Assembly (NCBI GenBank): GCA_030141605.1
Contig: JAQGDQ010001001.1
Span: 1 to 64,000, forward strand
Direction: 5' to 3'
Source: Tubiluchus corallicola
Lineage: Eukaryota > Animalia > Priapulida
Length of the DNA stretch: 64,000 bases
Shown here: piece after piece, positions 60,301 to 64,000 of the stretch
Layout: each line of letters begins with the position of its first letter
How positions within the stretch are numbered: the first letter of the stretch is position 1
Made by a program: the position numbers and the translations under genes
Notes under the pieces: model-generated
The model's database searches: none
What the model saw: only the letters and a program-made list of their open reading frames with translations
Told to the model about the DNA's origin: nothing

Positions 60301-62251
60301 CAGCATGCAGTTACCAGTGAAATCTTATTTCACCTAAATTTTTTATGCCACTGTAACCTAGCAGTACTACGTACAACAATTTCAATGAAAATAATCATAA
60401 CCATTTATTAGATTTGCTTGAAATGAAAGACGTGAATAAATCATTAAAATGTCACTAATACATTTGTAACAGCTATGTCAAAGCAGAATAGCACAAAGTT
60501 TTCTATTGTAGTAAGCAAGATTTTGATTTAGTTGTTCAAGTAATAGCTAGGAATGTAACCGAGTCACCAGCCTCGCACATATCCTTTGCGTGAATGATTC
60601 GTGACCATCTAAGCTTATTACTCACCATAGGCAGTTTCATTTGTCATATTTATTGTGGCTGATTACATCATAGAGAGAAGATGGATTTGCATCTTAGTGT
60701 GGTTAGGACACCTCTGCCCATTCAGTGACTCATCTTAGAAGGATAAACTCATGTTGGCTGTTAAGGTTTTATCATCAAATACTCGATTGTGACTTGCAGA
60801 ATGCCAAATTGTATAAAAATAAATAAATTATAAAGCATACATACTCTAACAAACAACCAGAACGCATATTTTCTCCAAAGGTTATAGATGTTCTTTTGGA
60901 ATTGTTTGTGCATCTGCCACTGCTATCAGCAGTTAACATTGTCATCCATGTATCTCTGTTCTTGCTCAGCTCGATGGCATAGCTAAACGATCTTAAGGTC
61001 ATTATAATACAACTTTCTTTGATGACTATATTATCAAATTTAATTAAAAGAGTTATCAAAAAGCATTTCAAAAATAATTTAGATAAAGGAGAACATAGCT
61101 AAATGTTACAAGCTTAGTACTGCATTACTACATTAGTATTTACAACATTAGTACTGCATCAATTTATAACCCATAAAAGGGCAGAAGTCTTACTACATGG
61201 TGTTAAAAAATGCCTCTGTCGCAACAACAGCAAATTCTAGATTAGCAGCTCAAAAAATTCTGTGGTTTTTTCTCGTTTTTGTCTTTTTTCACCTGAAGAA
61301 CTGCAGCTGTAGTTTGAAATCTTGTGCCCTTTCTTCTTTTTTTAATTATGGACTTTTTATTCATTGCTTCTATCAAGAAAAAGTCTAGAATTAAAAACAC
61401 ACAAAGTGAAAAAATAATTGCGACTCTGAACAATCCGAGATATCATAACTATTAAATCGGCGACAGTTTGTTGGCTGAAAAATGCAAGTTCTATGTAAGT
61501 TATCTATTATATGCATCATCCAGGTATAAAGAAATATAATCTGTAGCACAATTCAAGGTAAAATAGAAAATACATGTTCCAGTAATATGGTATTTAAAAA
61601 CAGGTATGTTTAAATAGGTAAATATGCAATCAGTTAAGGATACTAGCCTGTACCACTAGTTGGATCTGTATGCTCAACTAATTTTCCAGCCATTACTGGC
61701 TGACTGACCAAATAACCTGGATTACCACTGCGATGAAATATCTCTTCTCCAAATTCACTAGCCTGGAAATACAAAGTATTATTAATAAGCTTGTAACAGT
61801 AATAATACAAAATAAAAAAATTGTTCACTGTTTACTGCAAACAGTGTGACACAAAGACATGTCAATTTAATAACTTGTTTTCAACATTCTGCTTTTTGCT
61901 GAGTGCTTAATAAACAGTCTCATATGACCTCCTTAACATGCAATTTTTTTTAATTCACAATAATCCCCAAAATTTTTTCAAAGCTGATTTTATTTCAACA
62001 TGTGTAAAAGGAGGCCAAACTTTCATAAGGACTTTAGAATGACCTTATATAAAGCAAAATTTGAAACATAATTGCATATCTAAAAGCAAAATGCAAAATT
62101 CAAAAGCTAAAAATAAAATCCCTACCCAAAGAAATTCTGTTCCAAATAACTGAGGTATTTCTCTGTTATTATCAGTAACCATTGCTAGCACAAAGCTAAT
62201 ATTAGCTGACATTATTCCTGCTGTACCATTGTGTGTAATGAGGTAAGTTAC
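57308..62251 (-). CDS. TCTN: Tectonic family ciliary transition-zone protein (TCTN1/3-like), 3' exons; 5' part not found in window
   Basis: Exons 62251-62126, 61762-61644, 60982-60845, 59291-59126, 58056-57901, 57538-57308. Motifs RSGNPGYLVSQPV, ITFGENMRSGC, YVASFGNS...DWVPV, YANAGSMANPQPKI, VSSVSFIDAS, LPSDFFYPF and a hydrophobic tail. Confidence 0.92.
59657..60053. mobile_element. Palindromic MITE-like element in Tectonic intron
   Basis: aatactgac...tgttgttgagagaaaac...tccagtgttt is mirrored by aaacattgga...gttttctttcaacaaca...gtcagtatt. Confidence 0.55.
60983..61643 (-). other. U12-type (minor spliceosome) GT-AG intron in Tectonic
   Basis: 5' splice site GTATCCTTAA; branch-like GACCTTAAG ~10 nt before the TAG acceptor, no polypyrimidine tract. 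Splicing gives in-frame GGC TA|C TAT GCC. Confidence 0.85.
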
Positions 62252-63224
62252 CTGAAACAGAAAGTATTTTGAAAATTTTCTAAATGAGAAAATCAGCCTA
62301 ACTTTTCAGAATAAACCTCGTGAAGTAGATTTGCTAAATAATTTTACTTCAACTAATTAAGACGTATTACTTTTTGCATAAACAAATGAAATGTTTCTTT
62401 TGATAGAAGCATCGAAGTACCAGATTTGGTCAAAGTGTAACAAAATCGTAAAAATCACTAATTTCTGAAAATTTCTTCTGGATGAAAGTGAGTACCTAAA
62501 GTGTATAGTTACAAATTCTAATGAATGTGGAAGCAGTAGTGCACACTAGAGAAAAATGCTAGAAAATTACCATCATCTACAGACCAGTGGTTATTATGTG
62601 GCACATGTGAGTTTCAAATGAATATAGCTCATGACAAAAATTTAGATGATATATTACAAGATAAAAATTGTATGTTGTTTAGTAAACAAACAATGCGATT
62701 TAGTTTCCCAAGCCACATTACCAAAATACTAGTGACTTTAACCATGGCAGTTCAGTTTACTTTGTTAAGAGCTCTGACGTTATACATTACAGATGACACA
62801 ATGTACTTTCTCTCTCAATTCTGGACCCCAACCCAGACCTGCTCGTAAAAATGCCATGATTATGATGTTGCTTAAAATGCCATTAAGATTCAAATAGGCA
62901 CTGTAGATCTCTCTAGGATTCTATGTTAACAAATGTTCACAACAATGACTACACATTGACCATAGACAAAATTGCATCTCCTGAAGGTTCTAGAAATATT
63001 TACTACAAAGTACAACGTATTATTGCTTATTTTATGGTAATTGCAGCATGTGTAATTGACATTTTGTCTTGGTACACAATTTGAAACTCACAAATAGTAG
63101 TACAAAACTTTCCCTTGTTAAGTCAATTAAAAATAATTGTGCAAAATAGTTATGACCAAAAATCAGCAAAAGTCAATGAGCCATAAATAATCATTTAGTT
63201 TTTACTTATGTATGCAACAATAGA

Positions 63225-64000
63225 ATTATAGTCTAGGATCAAATCCAAGTTCTAGGTGCTCTTTTTTTAAAAGTGTGCAATATAGTGAGTTTTACCAATT
63301 TGACTATGCTGATCCAAAAAAAAAGGCTGTTGCCAGCTCAAAAAATTAGTGGAAACAGGTTAAAAACAAAACAGCCACCAAGTTTTTGCACAAACAACAG
63401 AAATTTCGAGAAAATTAACATTAAGAAGCGATTATGATATCTACTCAGGGTAGCTGAATCCGAGGAACCCACTTCTGTCATTTTCATTTCAAAAATGACT
63501 ACCGTTTTCAAAATGGCCCCCACTAGACTAGAAGAAAATCCTGAAAAGGTGCTTCCATGAAGTTCTGGAGGCATTTTTTCTAAAAGTGGGCAACATAGCC
63601 AGTCTTATCAACTTGACTATGCTGAAACAAAAACAGCTGCAGCTAGCTTGAAAAATTAGCAGAAAAGTTCAAAATGCAAAAAACAAAATGGCCGCCAAGT
63701 TGTAAATCAAAAGAAGAGCTTACTTAGAGGCTAGAGGCAGCTTTCTCAATTCAAGAGGATCCAGTTGATTGTTTTTTTGTTTGCATAATGAATCCTTTGA
63801 TGATACAGTTAATGTAACTGCATTATTTCGTTAGTGCAGCTGATTTAAAAACAGTAGCCATTTTTTAAATGAACAGAAATGGGTTCCTCGGGTCCAACTA
63901 CCTTGGAATAGACGTCAGAATGGCTTTTTAATGTTACTTTTCTCTTAGTTTACATTGTTTGTGTAAAAACTTGGTGGCCATTTGGTTTTTTGCATTTTTT
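63225..64000. mobile_element. Repeat of the long-TIR family seen at 2178-2990 and 39555-40640
   Basis: tagactagaagaaaatcctgaa...gcaacatagccagt is nearly identical to ~2180-2257; internal inverse match aaacaaaatggccgccaagtt / aacttggtggccatttggttt. Confidence 0.65.

Overview
AT-rich, intron-rich eukaryotic DNA, most consistent with an invertebrate bilaterian; no prokaryotic features. Five protein-coding genes can be reconstructed exon by exon: glucose-6-phosphatase (+, 5 exons, 10461-14411), ribosomal protein P0/RPLP0 (-, 9 coding exons, 15827-24686, plus a TCT/TOP-type non-coding first exon near 26395-26434), ZNF706 (+, 30538-33459), a melatonin-receptor-like class A GPCR (+, 44528-53709, first exon not found) and the 3' part of a Tectonic gene (-, 57308-62251). 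Highlights outside the ORF track: two U22/SNORD22-like box C/D snoRNAs and a possible orphan C/D snoRNA in RPLP0 introns; three E-box-N5-E-box (ChoRE-type) elements upstream of G6Pase, one perfect; a U12-type intron in Tectonic; a near-perfect >=1.48-kb inverted duplication (1-1480 / 3818-5299) carrying a candidate small secreted-peptide gene that is intact in one arm and frameshifted in the other; a complete non-autonomous Helitron; hAT MITEs with TSDs; and a Gag relic. All calls come from manual reading; no database searches were run.
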